This document shows positions 1-10,300 of a stretch of DNA of 64,000 nucleotides, piece by piece. The notes below the pieces were generated by a model, which saw only the letters and a program-made list of their open reading frames with translations, ran no database searches and was not told the origin of the DNA. The DNA lies in the NCBI GenBank assembly GCA_015233495.1, contig JADFXQ010000004.1, positions 1 through 64,000 of the forward strand, in the 5' to 3' direction. Position 1 is the first letter of the stretch; every line of letters begins with the position of its first letter. Origin of the DNA: Candidatus Omnitrophota bacterium. Its GTDB lineage: Bacteria; Omnitrophota; Gorgyraeia; Zapsychrales; Zapsychraceae. The translations under genes were made by a program, and so were the position numbers.

Positions 1-1299
1 GAAAATGAAAAAGCCGAGCAAGACAAACGAGATGTGTTGCAGCGGGAAAAAGAGAACGAGGCAAAACGGAATTTGACTTTGGAGAAGACCCGGAGCAAAG
101 TCTTAGAACAAGCTCAAAAAGAAAAAGACATTTTGGAAAATGAAAATCGTGAATTGGCCAAGGCGGGTTATTCCCCGGTGCAAGAACCCCCGGATCAGCA
201 GCCGATTGAAGGCATATCAGTGAAGGGCAAAACCGAAGAAATTGACGCGGCCAGGGTCGAAGAAACGAAGCGGACCCAGGCCAAAGAAATCGCGGAGAAT
301 AAACGCCAAGAACGCGAAGCGCTTCGGGAAAAACAAAAACAGGACCGCGAGCTTGCCCTACGCAAAAAAGAGCAGGAATTGCGGGAAAAATATCAACGCG
401 CCGAAGATCTAAAAAAATTGAAAGCGGAAATGGAAGCCACGTATCAAGACGCAGTGCGTTTGTATGAACAAGGCCAGGTTGAACTTTCCCTGGCGCAGTT
501 TGAAAAATTCGAACAGATGATGAAGAATGATGCACTAGACGAGGCTTATTTGAATAAAGTTCGCCGGCGTTTAGTTAAAGATCGGGAACGTTTTAAAAAA
601 ATGAACGGCGCTAAATCCGAGGTAGTGGTGGGGGGCGTGCCGATACCCGCGGATCAGCAAGCTGATTTGAAAAAAATGGCTGAGAAAATCCGCGTCGAAG
701 AAGATCAGTTGGCCAAGGAAAAGAAACTGCATGAGCAAAAAGTTGCGGAAGAAAAACAAAGGATTGAGGCTTTAAAAAATCAACCAGAAGCGCCGGCGCC
801 GCAGCCCGCTTCTTCTGCCGAGGCTGTTACTGCGCCGGTTTCGAAAGACGCCGCAGCGGCAAAATCCAACCCAGGGAAAGCGGAGGCAGTAGCTTTAGAA
901 AATATGAGCGAAGGGCAATTGAAACAGGCGATTCTGGAACAAAAAGGCCAAATACAGCAATTGATCGCGGAACGTCAAGGCGAATTGCATCAGGAGCGGC
1001 AAAAAGTGCAAAAAGAATTGGAAGGCAATGTGGAAGAACTGTATGTGCGGGCGGTTCATTTGGCGCGTTCCAAATTATACCGGGATGCGAAACAGGCGTT
1101 TCTGGAAGTCGAGGATGTCGCTCCCGACTATAAAAAAACGCGCGACTATATGACCAAGATGGACGGTTATATCGCGGAAGCAGAACAGAAATCGTCCACC
1201 GCCGCGCCGGAAGGCGTGTCTGCGTCCGCCTCGGCTCCGCCGGCAGTCAAATCCCGTTTGGACATTATCCGCGAATCCTTAGACGCTGTTCAAAAGTAA
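1..1299 (+). CDS. C-terminal part of a large charged coiled-coil protein with TPR-like helical repeats (5' truncated by window edge)
   Basis: Frame 1 is open from base 1; E/K/Q/R-rich heptads; two TPR-like segments (ATYQDAVRLYEQGQVELSLAQF, ELYVRAVHLARSKLYRDAKQAFLEV..PDY). Confidence 0.75.
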   Translation, partial: ENEKAEQDKRDVLQREKENEAKRNLTLEKTRSKVLEQAQKEKDILENENRELAKAGYSPVQEPPDQQPIEGISVKGKTEEIDAARVEETKRTQAKEIAENKRQEREALREKQKQDRELALRKKEQELREKYQRAEDLKKLKAEMEATYQDAVRLYEQGQVELSLAQFEKFEQMMKNDALDEAYLNKVRRRLVKDRERFKKMNGAKSEVVVGGVPIPADQQADLKKMAEKIRVEEDQLAKEKKLHEQKVAEEKQRIEALKNQPEAPAPQPASSAEAVTAPVSKDAAAAKSNPGKAEAVALENMSEGQLKQAILEQKGQIQQLIAERQGELHQERQKVQKELEGNVEELYVRAVHLARSKLYRDAKQAFLEVEDVAPDYKKTRDYMTKMDGYIAEAEQKSSTAAPEGVSASASAPPAVKSRLDIIRESLDAVQK

Positions 1300-1347
1300 T
1301 TTCGATTTTTCATACTAAAAATTCAAATGAATTGACGTTTATAACTT

Positions 1348-2574
1348 ATGAAAATTTTAAAAATTATCGTGCTTAGTTTATCGGCCTTGATTCTGTTTTT
1401 GGGAATCGCGCTATACATCGGGGTGAAAACTTTTGATATCAATCGCTATCGCTCCCAAATTATCAATACCATAAGCCAGCAAACCGGGAAACAGATTGAG
1501 TTTGGCCGAATAAGCCTGGATTTGTCTTTGACGAACGGGATATTGATCAATGTTGCGGATGTGGTGGTAAAAGATGCGCAGTTGGCATTGACAATGCCCA
1601 AAATTTCAGCGGATATTCAGATCCTAAATTTGATAAGAAGCCGGGAAGTTAGTTTAACGGATTTTCGGGTTTATGGCGGAGAATTGAGTTACACGGACAC
1701 AGCCGCGGGTCTAAAACTCCAATTCGCGGCTCCACATACAGCCTCGTTAAACGGCAAGGTAACTGCCAATTTAAGCAACCGGGAAATCCATTTTAAGTTT
1801 CAAACGGAAAATTTTGATTTCAACACGTTGGTGACAACCAAGTCCCTGCCGATTAAAGCGGAAGGCCAAATCCAATTCGATTTTGTGGGCCAAGGTCAAA
1901 CGGATCAGCCACGGACTTTAATCGGCGATGGCCAAATAACCGTGAAGAACGGGCGGATAAAAGATTTAAATTTATTAAAATGCGTGCTGGACCAGATTGC
2001 GGCGCTTCCGGGGTTAACAGATAAATTGAACGCGGGCTTAAGCGCCGAATATCAGCAAAAAATTCAAAACCCGGATACGGTGTTTGACCGTCTGGGAAGC
2101 ACGATTCATTTGCGGGATGGCGCAGTTCTATTGCCGGATATTGAGGTCGAGGCGGATGGATTTCAAATTAAGGCCAACGTTCAAGTCACAATGGAACAGA
2201 CCCTATCGCTGACCTCCGGGTTTTATATGACCCCAGACTTATCCGCCGCGATGATCGGCGCGGTGAATGAATTGTCTTATCTTAAAAACCCTAACGGACA
2301 AATCGCCATTCCTCTGAGCCCTTACCAAGGCCCGCTGGCCAAAGTCAAAGTCTTCCCCAATGTCGGAGCTATTGGAGTTAACGTGATTAAAAATCGCGGC
2401 AAAGAAGAGATTAAAAAGGCCATTTTTAAAGCCCTGCGTATTTCTCCCGCTGAGGAGCCCAATCCCCCGGCTGACAGCAGCGCCGCCGGCGCCCAATCCG
2501 TTCCCGGGTCTTCGGAACAATCAAACAATCCCGGCGCGGCAATTGACCATGTTCTGGATTCCATTTTTAAATAA
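1348..2574 (+). CDS. AsmA-family protein
   Basis: N-terminal TM then FDINRYRSQIINTISQQTGKQI (AsmA N-terminal pattern); beta-rich body with AsmA-like C-terminus (GDGQITVKNGRIKDLNL, TVFDRLGSTIHLRDG). Confidence 0.75.
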   Translation: MKILKIIVLSLSALILFLGIALYIGVKTFDINRYRSQIINTISQQTGKQIEFGRISLDLSLTNGILINVADVVVKDAQLALTMPKISADIQILNLIRSREVSLTDFRVYGGELSYTDTAAGLKLQFAAPHTASLNGKVTANLSNREIHFKFQTENFDFNTLVTTKSLPIKAEGQIQFDFVGQGQTDQPRTLIGDGQITVKNGRIKDLNLLKCVLDQIAALPGLTDKLNAGLSAEYQQKIQNPDTVFDRLGSTIHLRDGAVLLPDIEVEADGFQIKANVQVTMEQTLSLTSGFYMTPDLSAAMIGAVNELSYLKNPNGQIAIPLSPYQGPLAKVKVFPNVGAIGVNVIKNRGKEEIKKAIFKALRISPAEEPNPPADSSAAGAQSVPGSSEQSNNPGAAIDHVLDSIFK

Positions 2575-2631
2575 AGCGGGGATAAGGCAATCGAGGGTTG
2601 GCTCGGGGGATTTTCCCAAACGGAAATTTTC

Positions 2632-2660
2632 TTGTCAGGGATAATGATTCGGTATATACT
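2632..2660 (+). promoter_or_regulatory. sigma70-type promoter upstream of the PilZ protein/uvrA
   Basis: TTGTCA-N17-TATACT; AAGGAGG SD upstream of ATG 2738. Confidence 0.6.
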
Positions 2661-2737
2661 TGTGGAATTCTATAGGCAATGTTTATTGGGCGTATATGCC
2701 CGACGGATTTGTAAGCAACTATTAAAGGAGGATAGGG

Positions 2738-3829
2738 ATGTCACTTGATATGGATAACTTGGTGCGGGACAAACGGGCGGATTTGCGCGTGCCAGAAAAT
2801 TTGCGGATTTTTTGGAGTACGGAAAGCGGAAATATCTCGGGGCTCGGCCGGGTTCGAAATATCAGCACCTCGGGTATGCTGTTGGAAACGAATGGAAATC
2901 CCGTGTTCTCCGACGGGGACCCCTTGGTTTTTAATCCTTCCTTGAGCGCGGATAATTTTATCCCTAAAGTCGGACGGGTGGTTTGGCAAAAACCCCGGCC
3001 TTTCGCGTTGGGCCGCAGCTGGTGCGGAATTGCTTTTACCGACCAGGACGCGACTATGCTGGATCATTTGCGCCAACGCGTGGAAATTGGAGTCGGGCGA
3101 TTGGTAAAAGCGCGGCGCGCCGCGCAGGGAACGCGCTGGGCAGCGGCGGTTTTGATAGTGGTGATGGTAATTTTTTCCGTGCATTTGTTAGGGGACATTT
3201 TTCAGGACTTGGCCGCTTCTAACACGCAATTATCCCATGTGACCACGAAACAAGCTTTTCTTTATCAGAAAAGCGTGGCCCGGATTACCACGTTAGAAGG
3301 AGAAGTCGCTCAGGCAAAGGCGATGTATCAGGAAAGTCAATTGAATTTACAGAGCGTGACTTCGGAGTTAGGGACAACGAAAAATTTATTGTCCGACACT
3401 GAAAAAATGCTCACGGACGCGAAAGTCGAGTTGCAGGCGATCAAGGATCTGAACACCAAGTACCAGACTAAGATCGCTGATTTGGAAGATAAAAACGCCA
3501 AACTGTCGCAGGAGATGCGGGTCTTGCAGGACCGGCTCACTTTTTATGAGGGCAATGTCAAAAATAGCGAAGAGGCCCGCGATTGGCTGTTGATGTACCG
3601 TAACCGAGTGCATTTGGTCAAATCCCGCATCAAGAAATTTAAGCAAGAGGCGCAAGAAGTCCGTAAATCCGCCCAAAAAGAAGCGGACCGGGCGCGGATT
3701 TTGTTGGGTAATAAAGGCTATTTTGTGAAAGACGGACAGCGCGTGGTAGTTGATCAGGAAAAATACAATTCCGTCACTCACGACGTTGCCAAGCCCAACG
3801 TCAAAGTTGACGTGCAGGTGTTCAATTAG
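2738..3829 (+). CDS. PilZ-domain protein with one TM helix and a long C-terminal coiled coil
   Basis: RxxxR (KRADLR) and NxSxxG (NISTSG) PilZ motifs; TM WAAAVLIVVMVIFSVHLL; ~150-aa heptad coiled coil. Confidence 0.8.
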   Translation: MSLDMDNLVRDKRADLRVPENLRIFWSTESGNISGLGRVRNISTSGMLLETNGNPVFSDGDPLVFNPSLSADNFIPKVGRVVWQKPRPFALGRSWCGIAFTDQDATMLDHLRQRVEIGVGRLVKARRAAQGTRWAAAVLIVVMVIFSVHLLGDIFQDLAASNTQLSHVTTKQAFLYQKSVARITTLEGEVAQAKAMYQESQLNLQSVTSELGTTKNLLSDTEKMLTDAKVELQAIKDLNTKYQTKIADLEDKNAKLSQEMRVLQDRLTFYEGNVKNSEEARDWLLMYRNRVHLVKSRIKKFKQEAQEVRKSAQKEADRARILLGNKGYFVKDGQRVVVDQEKYNSVTHDVAKPNVKVDVQVFN

Positions 3830-3831
3830 CA

Positions 3832-6618
3832 ATGTCTTTATCTCACATTGTCGTTCGCGGCGCGAAAGAACATAATTTAAAAAATATTTCTCTGGCGATT
3901 CCCCGGGATCAATTTATCGTGATTACCGGGTTGAGCGGTTCCGGAAAATCTTCTTTGGCGTTTGACACGCTTTATGCGGAAGGTCAAAGACGTTATGTGG
4001 AGAGTCTTTCCGCCTACGCCCGGCAATTCCTCGAACAACTCCAAAAACCGAATGTCGAATCGATTGCAGGATTGTCTCCGACGATCGCGATTGAGCAAAA
4101 GACCACCAGCCGCAACCCGCGTTCGACCGTTGCTACCCAAACCGAGATTTATGATTATCTGCGTCTGCTGTTTGCCCGGGCGGGCACGCCGTATTGTTAT
4201 AAATGCGGCAAGCCGATCGAGCGTCAGACCGTCCAAGAAATTGTTCAACAACTGCTCGATTTGCCGCCAGGGACGAAAATGATTGTGCTGGCGCCCTTGA
4301 TCCGGGGGCGGAAAGGCGAATACCGCGACATCAAAACCAAAGTGACGAAAGCCGGTTTTTCTCGGATCCGCGTGGACGGCATCATCCGCGAAGCGGGAGA
4401 TTCCCTTCCTTTAAGCAAATACCAAAACCATAATATTGATGTGGTAGTGGATCGTTTGACAGTTCAGCCGTCGATTAAGAAACGGCTCACCGACTCGGTA
4501 GAAACCGCGTTAAAAACCGGAAAAGGGATCATTTACGTCAATTTCCTTGAGGTTTTTCCCGAGAAGACTTTCAGCGAAAATTTCGCTTGCCCGGCTTGCG
4601 GGATCAGTGTCACGGAGATTGAACCGCGCACGTTTTCTTTCAACGCGCCCTATGGCGCGTGTCCGGTTTGCAATGGGCTGGGGACAAAAATGGAAATGGA
4701 CCCCCACCTGCTGATCCCGGATGACAATAAAGCCTGGGTAAATGCGGTAGCGCCGGCAAAAAAAGGACAGCGGCATTATCTGATGTATTATCGGGCAGTG
4801 CTCCGGGAGTGGGCTCGGTTGTATGAATTAGATCCCTATCTGCCTTTAAAGGAGCTGTCCGCGGCAGACCGCAAGACAATTTTTTATGGGTCGGACGATG
4901 AAATATGGGGGAAGAAGTTTGAAGGGGTGATCCCGTATCTGGAGCGGATGTTTCGCGAAACGGACAGCGATTGGCTAAAAAGCGAACTGGCGCAATATAT
5001 GTCGGAATCTCCGTGTCCAGCCTGCCGCGGGGCGCGGCTGAAACCGGAAGCTTTAGCCGTGAAAATCGGGATGAAAAATATTTCTGAACTGGCGGCGCTC
5101 TCGATCAAAGAAGCCAAACAATTTTTTAACGCCCTGACCTGGGATAAGGAAAAAACAGCGATCAGCGGCCCGATTTTAAAAGAAGTAATTCGGCGTTTGG
5201 ATTTCTGCGTTAATGTGGGTCTGGATTATTTGACTTTAGACCGCAAGAGCGCGACGCTATCCGGCGGAGAAGCGGAGCGGATCCGTTTGGCGACGCAAGT
5301 CGGGTCCGGCTTAGTCGGGGTGGTGTACATTTTGGACGAGCCGAGTATCGGGTTGCACCAAAAAGATAATGAACGTTTGTTGGCAACCTTGCTCGCTTTG
5401 CGCGATATGGGCAACACCGTCATTGTGGTTGAGCACGATGAGGCGACCATCCGCAGCGCGGATTTCGTCGTAGATTTAGGCCCGGGCGCGGGTCAGCATG
5501 GCGGAGAAATAACCTACGCGGGCGGGGTCTCCGGTCTTTGCCAAAACAAAGTTTCTTTGACCGGCCAATATTTGAGCGGCCGCAGAACTATTCCGGTTCC
5601 GGAAAAACGCCGGGCGGTCAATCCTCAAAAAATGTTGGGAATTTTCGGGGCGGCCAAACACAATTTAAAAAAAATCGACGTGGCGATTCCCTTAGGCGCG
5701 TTCACCTGTGTGACCGGGGTCTCGGGTTCCGGGAAATCGACTCTCGTCGATGATGTGCTGTATCAGGCTCTGACCAAGCGGCTGAATCACGCGAAAATCA
5801 AGCCGGAGGGATGCAAAAAAATCTCCGGGTTGGACGCGATTGATAAGGTGATTGTCGTCGATCAATCGCCGATCGGCCGGACACCGCGTTCCAATCCGGC
5901 GACGTATACCGGCGTTTTTAGCTTCATTCGGGAGATTTTCAGTCGAATGCCCGCCGCGAAAATGCGCGGTTATCAACCCGGCCGTTTCAGTTTTAACGTT
6001 AAAGGGGGGCGGTGTGAAGCGTGCCAAGGCGACGGGATTATCAAAATCGAAATGCATTTTTTGCCGGATGTCTACGTCGAATGCGCGGTCTGCCACGGCC
6101 GCCGCTTTAATGAACAGACATTGGAAGTCGTATACAAAGATAAAAACATTGCCCAAATTTTAGATTTAACAGTGGAAGAAGCGTTAACTCTGTTTTCAAA
6201 TATGGGCCGGGTTACCCGGGTTTTGGAAACCTTGCGGCAAGTCGGTCTTGGATATATCAAATTGGGGCAAGCCGCGACCACATTATCCGGAGGCGAAGCG
6301 CAGCGGGTGAAATTGGCGAGTGAATTGTGTAAGCCTCAGACGGGCAGCACGTTTTATATTCTCGACGAGCCGACTACCGGTTTGCATTTCGCCGATGTGG
6401 AAAAATTATTGGAAGTGCTGCGCCGGCTGGTAGACAAGGGCAATACCGTCTTAGTCATTGAGCATAATTTGGATATGATCAAATGCGCGGATTACCTCAT
6501 TGATCTGGGGCCAGACGGCGGAGACCGCGGCGGCGAAGTCGTGGCAGTGGGAACGCCGGAAGAGATCGCCCGGCATCCCACTTCTTATACGGGCAAGTAT
6601 TTACGGGGGATTTTGTAA
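3832..6618 (+). CDS. uvrA: Excinuclease ABC subunit A
   Basis: GAKEHNLKN, two Walker A motifs (GLSGSGKSS, GVSGSGKST), LSGGEA signatures, Zn fingers. Confidence 0.98.
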   Translation: MSLSHIVVRGAKEHNLKNISLAIPRDQFIVITGLSGSGKSSLAFDTLYAEGQRRYVESLSAYARQFLEQLQKPNVESIAGLSPTIAIEQKTTSRNPRSTVATQTEIYDYLRLLFARAGTPYCYKCGKPIERQTVQEIVQQLLDLPPGTKMIVLAPLIRGRKGEYRDIKTKVTKAGFSRIRVDGIIREAGDSLPLSKYQNHNIDVVVDRLTVQPSIKKRLTDSVETALKTGKGIIYVNFLEVFPEKTFSENFACPACGISVTEIEPRTFSFNAPYGACPVCNGLGTKMEMDPHLLIPDDNKAWVNAVAPAKKGQRHYLMYYRAVLREWARLYELDPYLPLKELSAADRKTIFYGSDDEIWGKKFEGVIPYLERMFRETDSDWLKSELAQYMSESPCPACRGARLKPEALAVKIGMKNISELAALSIKEAKQFFNALTWDKEKTAISGPILKEVIRRLDFCVNVGLDYLTLDRKSATLSGGEAERIRLATQVGSGLVGVVYILDEPSIGLHQKDNERLLATLLALRDMGNTVIVVEHDEATIRSADFVVDLGPGAGQHGGEITYAGGVSGLCQNKVSLTGQYLSGRRTIPVPEKRRAVNPQKMLGIFGAAKHNLKKIDVAIPLGAFTCVTGVSGSGKSTLVDDVLYQALTKRLNHAKIKPEGCKKISGLDAIDKVIVVDQSPIGRTPRSNPATYTGVFSFIREIFSRMPAAKMRGYQPGRFSFNVKGGRCEACQGDGIIKIEMHFLPDVYVECAVCHGRRFNEQTLEVVYKDKNIAQILDLTVEEALTLFSNMGRVTRVLETLRQVGLGYIKLGQAATTLSGGEAQRVKLASELCKPQTGSTFYILDEPTTGLHFADVEKLLEVLRRLVDKGNTVLVIEHNLDMIKCADYLIDLGPDGGDRGGEVVAVGTPEEIARHPTSYTGKYLRGIL

Positions 6619-6684
6619 AAGGATTTAAACGCTAGATTTAAGGCTCGAAGCGCAAGGTAACACTTCCCGGAAATCCCGGCTTTG

Positions 6685-6693
6685 TGCTATACT
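6685..6693 (+). promoter_or_regulatory. extended -10 promoter (TGcTATACT), likely leaderless transcript
   Basis: TGnTATACT ends 7 nt before ATG 6701; no SD. Confidence 0.45.
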
Positions 6694-6700
6694 AACTTTT

Positions 6701-9184
6701 ATGATTTCTTGCAAATTTCATTTAAAACGTTTATTGATTGTCGGCGCCATCTTGCTTGGCTTTGCGGTCACTGCGGTTTATGCCGAAACCGTGGAACAAA
6801 GCAGTGATCAGGAATTGTTTCTTGTTTCGCAAAAGGCATTTGAGGACGGTTTTTACGACGTAGCCATCCGGTATCTGCAGCAGCTCTTCGTCCAATATCC
6901 CCAGACGGATAAAACAGTTCAGGCACGGCTGTTGTTAGGGCAATGTTACTATTTCAAAAATCAATATTTAAAAGCGTTTGATATTTTTCACGCGTTGTTA
7001 GGCAACACGGATTATAAAGACGCGATTTTATTTTGGTTGGGAGAGACCTATCTGAAGGGCGGGGACTATAAACAAGCGGCGCAGCAATACCAGCAAGTGA
7101 TTGACGCTTTTCCGCGTTCCGAATACGCTCCGCAAGCCTATTATTCTTTGGGCTGGATACTGTTCGAACAGGAAAAATACCCCGAAGCCATCCGATTTTT
7201 GTCGCAATTAGTCCGGATGTATCCGCAGCACGCCTTAGTCGAAGACGCGGAATTCAAAATTGCCGAAGCGCAGTACAACGCCCAAAATTTTTCCGCGGCA
7301 ATTGAGGCTTTTAATAAATGGATCAGCGTTTATCCCAAGTCGACCCGTCAAGCGGAAGCTTTTTTTTACATTGCGGAATCCTGGTATCATCAAGACGTCT
7401 TTGCGGATGCCGCGACGTATTATTTGAAAACCGCGCAAACGGCTTATGATAATAAATTGATTCTCTCGGCGCAAGTCAGTTTGGGTTGGTGCCGGGTGAA
7501 GCAAAAACAATGGGCAGAGGCCGCCAAAATTTTTGTCGACGCCAAATCTTTTGCCCAAAACAAAGGGATCATTTCCGAAGATGTTTTTTTAGGCTTGGCC
7601 AATTATTACGTCGAAATGAAACAATATGATCAGGCCTTGGACGCGTATCAGCAATTGATTGCGCAATTGCCTCAAAGCGGCCGCTTGGCGGACGCTTATC
7701 TTGGCGAGGCCAATGTTTATTATTTGCAAAAAAAATACGCTGATGCGGCCCGGGCGGACCAAACGCTCATCGACCGCTTCGGCAAAGAAAAATCCTTTCA
7801 AGATATCGTCGAGAAAGCCTATTTTGGTCTGGCCTGGGCCTATTTGAAAAAGGGTGATATCGATTCTTCCATCCAGACTTTTAACGCCGTGAAAGCCAAA
7901 AGCGACAATACCATCGTGAAAGTCAGCGCTTTAACGCAGATTGGCGACGCTTATCAAGATGTCGGGCAGTTGGATAAAGCGGTGGAGGTTTACGACGCTA
8001 TTTTGAAAGAGTACCCGGACAGCAGTTTTACGGATTATGTTCAATACCGTCAGGGTATCGCTTTGTTAAAAAATGACAAGATCGACGCGGCGGCGCTGTC
8101 TTTTCAGACCCTCCAAGTCAATTTTCCCCAAAGCCTTTACATTAACGACGTGCAATATTATTTGGCGGTGACTTACTTTAAAAAGGGCGATTGGGATTCC
8201 GCGCGGATTAAGATTAAAACTTTTTTGAAAAATGTGTCCGCGGACAGTGATTTTGGGGATGAGGCACAGCAGATTTTAGCGTTGTCGAATTTCAACTTAG
8301 CCGATTACGCCGCGGCGGCAGAGATATTTCAGCGGATCATCAACAAAGCAAGCGTCAATAAGACCATTACGCAAAATGCCGCGATGGGGCTTGCCAAGGC
8401 TTATTATAAAATGGGCAAGCAAAAAGAAGCGCTGGCGCATTTTGACGCTTTAGTCGCGCAATATCCCGGAACGGATATTATGCAAGAATCATTGATCTGG
8501 CTCGGGGATCATTATTTATCCGCCGCCGAGTATGACCGCGCTGTTTTTTATTATGAAAAATATGTCGCGACGTTTCCGGAAAGCGAACAATCCGGCGTGG
8601 TTTATTACGAATTGGGCCAGGCTTACACAGCCAAAGGCGCATATGACAAAGCGGTAGCTGCCCTGCGCCGGATCAAGGATGTTAAAGGCGATATTCTTTC
8701 CGCGCGGGCCCGGATGGCCATTGCGGATATTTTTGAGCGGGATATGCAGCCGGATGCGGCGTTAGAAACTTACCAGAAAATTATCGTCGAAGCCCCGGAA
8801 TTTGTAAAAGACGCCTGCGTGAAAATCGCGGAAGTCCATATGAACCGCCGGGAATATGAGCCGGCTTTGGCCGCGTATCAAAAAGCCATCCACGCGGAAG
8901 GCAAAAACAGCAAGCTGACCAACGCCGAGCTGCAATTTCGGGTGGCGGATATTTATGAAATGCAGCGCCGGGATGACCGGGCCACCGAAGAATATTTAAA
9001 AATTCCTTATCTTTATCCGCAAGAAAAAGAGTGGGTGGTAAAAGCTTATTTGCGTTTGGGAAGAATTTTTGAAGATAAAGAAGATTTTCCGCAAGCCCGG
9101 TTGACTTATCAAAAAATTGTCGCTTTAAATGTGGAAGAATCCAAATTCGCCCGGGAGCGCTTGGAGGCTCTTGCGGTAAAATAA
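6701..9184 (+). CDS. Exported tetratricopeptide-repeat protein (BamD/CpoB-like TPRs)
   Basis: Signal peptide (AVYA|E); TPR units with YP.S..A..A.Y.LG pattern along the whole length. Confidence 0.9.
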   Translation: MISCKFHLKRLLIVGAILLGFAVTAVYAETVEQSSDQELFLVSQKAFEDGFYDVAIRYLQQLFVQYPQTDKTVQARLLLGQCYYFKNQYLKAFDIFHALLGNTDYKDAILFWLGETYLKGGDYKQAAQQYQQVIDAFPRSEYAPQAYYSLGWILFEQEKYPEAIRFLSQLVRMYPQHALVEDAEFKIAEAQYNAQNFSAAIEAFNKWISVYPKSTRQAEAFFYIAESWYHQDVFADAATYYLKTAQTAYDNKLILSAQVSLGWCRVKQKQWAEAAKIFVDAKSFAQNKGIISEDVFLGLANYYVEMKQYDQALDAYQQLIAQLPQSGRLADAYLGEANVYYLQKKYADAARADQTLIDRFGKEKSFQDIVEKAYFGLAWAYLKKGDIDSSIQTFNAVKAKSDNTIVKVSALTQIGDAYQDVGQLDKAVEVYDAILKEYPDSSFTDYVQYRQGIALLKNDKIDAAALSFQTLQVNFPQSLYINDVQYYLAVTYFKKGDWDSARIKIKTFLKNVSADSDFGDEAQQILALSNFNLADYAAAAEIFQRIINKASVNKTITQNAAMGLAKAYYKMGKQKEALAHFDALVAQYPGTDIMQESLIWLGDHYLSAAEYDRAVFYYEKYVATFPESEQSGVVYYELGQAYTAKGAYDKAVAALRRIKDVKGDILSARARMAIADIFERDMQPDAALETYQKIIVEAPEFVKDACVKIAEVHMNRREYEPALAAYQKAIHAEGKNSKLTNAELQFRVADIYEMQRRDDRATEEYLKIPYLYPQEKEWVVKAYLRLGRIFEDKEDFPQARLTYQKIVALNVEESKFARERLEALAVK

Positions 9185-9208
9185 TTTATTGCCTGAAAGG
9201 ATTGGGAG

Positions 9209-9865
9209 ATGACTCCGCAAACAGACTTGACGTTCTGGGCTATTTTGAAAATGGGAGGACCCATGATGATGCCGATCGCGCTGTGCGCGTTTTTCGCGTT
9301 GGCGATCTCCTTCGAGAAATGGCTGTATTTTTCTTCCATTGCCATTAATAGCGCGGCCTTGAAACAGGCCGTCTTTGATTTGGTTAAAACCAACCGGGTG
9401 CGGGAGGCGATTGCGGCGTGCGAAGCCAGTCCGGCGCCTTTAGGGCAAATATTAAAAGCGGGACTCGAGCGTTTTGGTTCGAGTCAAACGGAGATGGAAA
9501 TTCATATCGCCAATGCGGGCGGGTTGGCGATCCCGCCTTTAGAGAGCAAGATCGTTTTTTTATCGACGATCGCCTTTGTCAGCCCGCTTTTAGGATTATT
9601 AGGTACGGTGTTGGGAATGATGGCGGTTTTTCATTCCATTCAAGTTCGCACTGCGGCGTTAAGTCCGGTAACTTACGCTGATTTGGCGGGAGGTATTGGT
9701 CAGGCCCTGATCGCCACGGCGGCGGGACTCTTGGTTGCCATTCCCGCTTATTTGGCGTTTCATTATTTTCAAGAACGCGTTGAACGCAACATTGTCCAGA
9801 TGGAGCGCGGCGCGGCGGAATTGGTTAAGTTTATCTGCCAAGTCATGGAAACCAAGGCCTCTTGA
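9209..9865 (+). CDS. exbB: MotA/TolQ/ExbB proton channel protein
   Basis: GGPMMMPI, SPLLGLLGTVLGM, LAGGIGQALIATAAGLLVAIPA motifs. Confidence 0.92.
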   Translation: MTPQTDLTFWAILKMGGPMMMPIALCAFFALAISFEKWLYFSSIAINSAALKQAVFDLVKTNRVREAIAACEASPAPLGQILKAGLERFGSSQTEMEIHIANAGGLAIPPLESKIVFLSTIAFVSPLLGLLGTVLGMMAVFHSIQVRTAALSPVTYADLAGGIGQALIATAAGLLVAIPAYLAFHYFQERVERNIVQMERGAAELVKFICQVMETKAS

Positions 9866-10269
9866 CCATGAAATTCAAACGTTTTTATCCGCGGCGTTCC
9901 CGTGCGGAATGGCTGATATTTGGGCCTTTCCTCAACGGATTATTCTTGCTGTTCCTCTGCGTGGCGGCCGGAGCTTTTGTGGTTTCTCCGGGAAGAGTAA
10001 AAGTATATTTGCCGAAAACCAGCACCAGCGATATTCTTAAAGATGAAAATCCCATCATTGTGATCACCGGCGAAGATGTGATATATTTTCAGAATAAAAT
10101 TATTTCTTTAAAAGAGCTCAAAATGCGTTTGCGCCAACAATTTCATCCGGGGAGTTTGCTTTTGATCCGTTTTGACCGCCGTTCATCCATGGCCGCGGTC
10201 GTCGATGTTTGGAATGTTTGTCGGGAAGTGGGTTTTGAAAAAGTTAATATCGCGACAACCTCAAATTGA
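9862..10269 (+). CDS. exbD: ExbD/TolR family protein
   Basis: Follows exbB; single TM; VKVYLPK and LLIRFDRRSSMAAVVDVWNVCREVGFEKVNIAT C-terminus. Confidence 0.85.
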   Translation: MTMKFKRFYPRRSRAEWLIFGPFLNGLFLLFLCVAAGAFVVSPGRVKVYLPKTSTSDILKDENPIIVITGEDVIYFQNKIISLKELKMRLRQQFHPGSLLLIRFDRRSSMAAVVDVWNVCREVGFEKVNIATTSN

Positions 10270-10300
10270 GCAGTCCCGGGCCGGGGTTTAAAAGGAGCAT

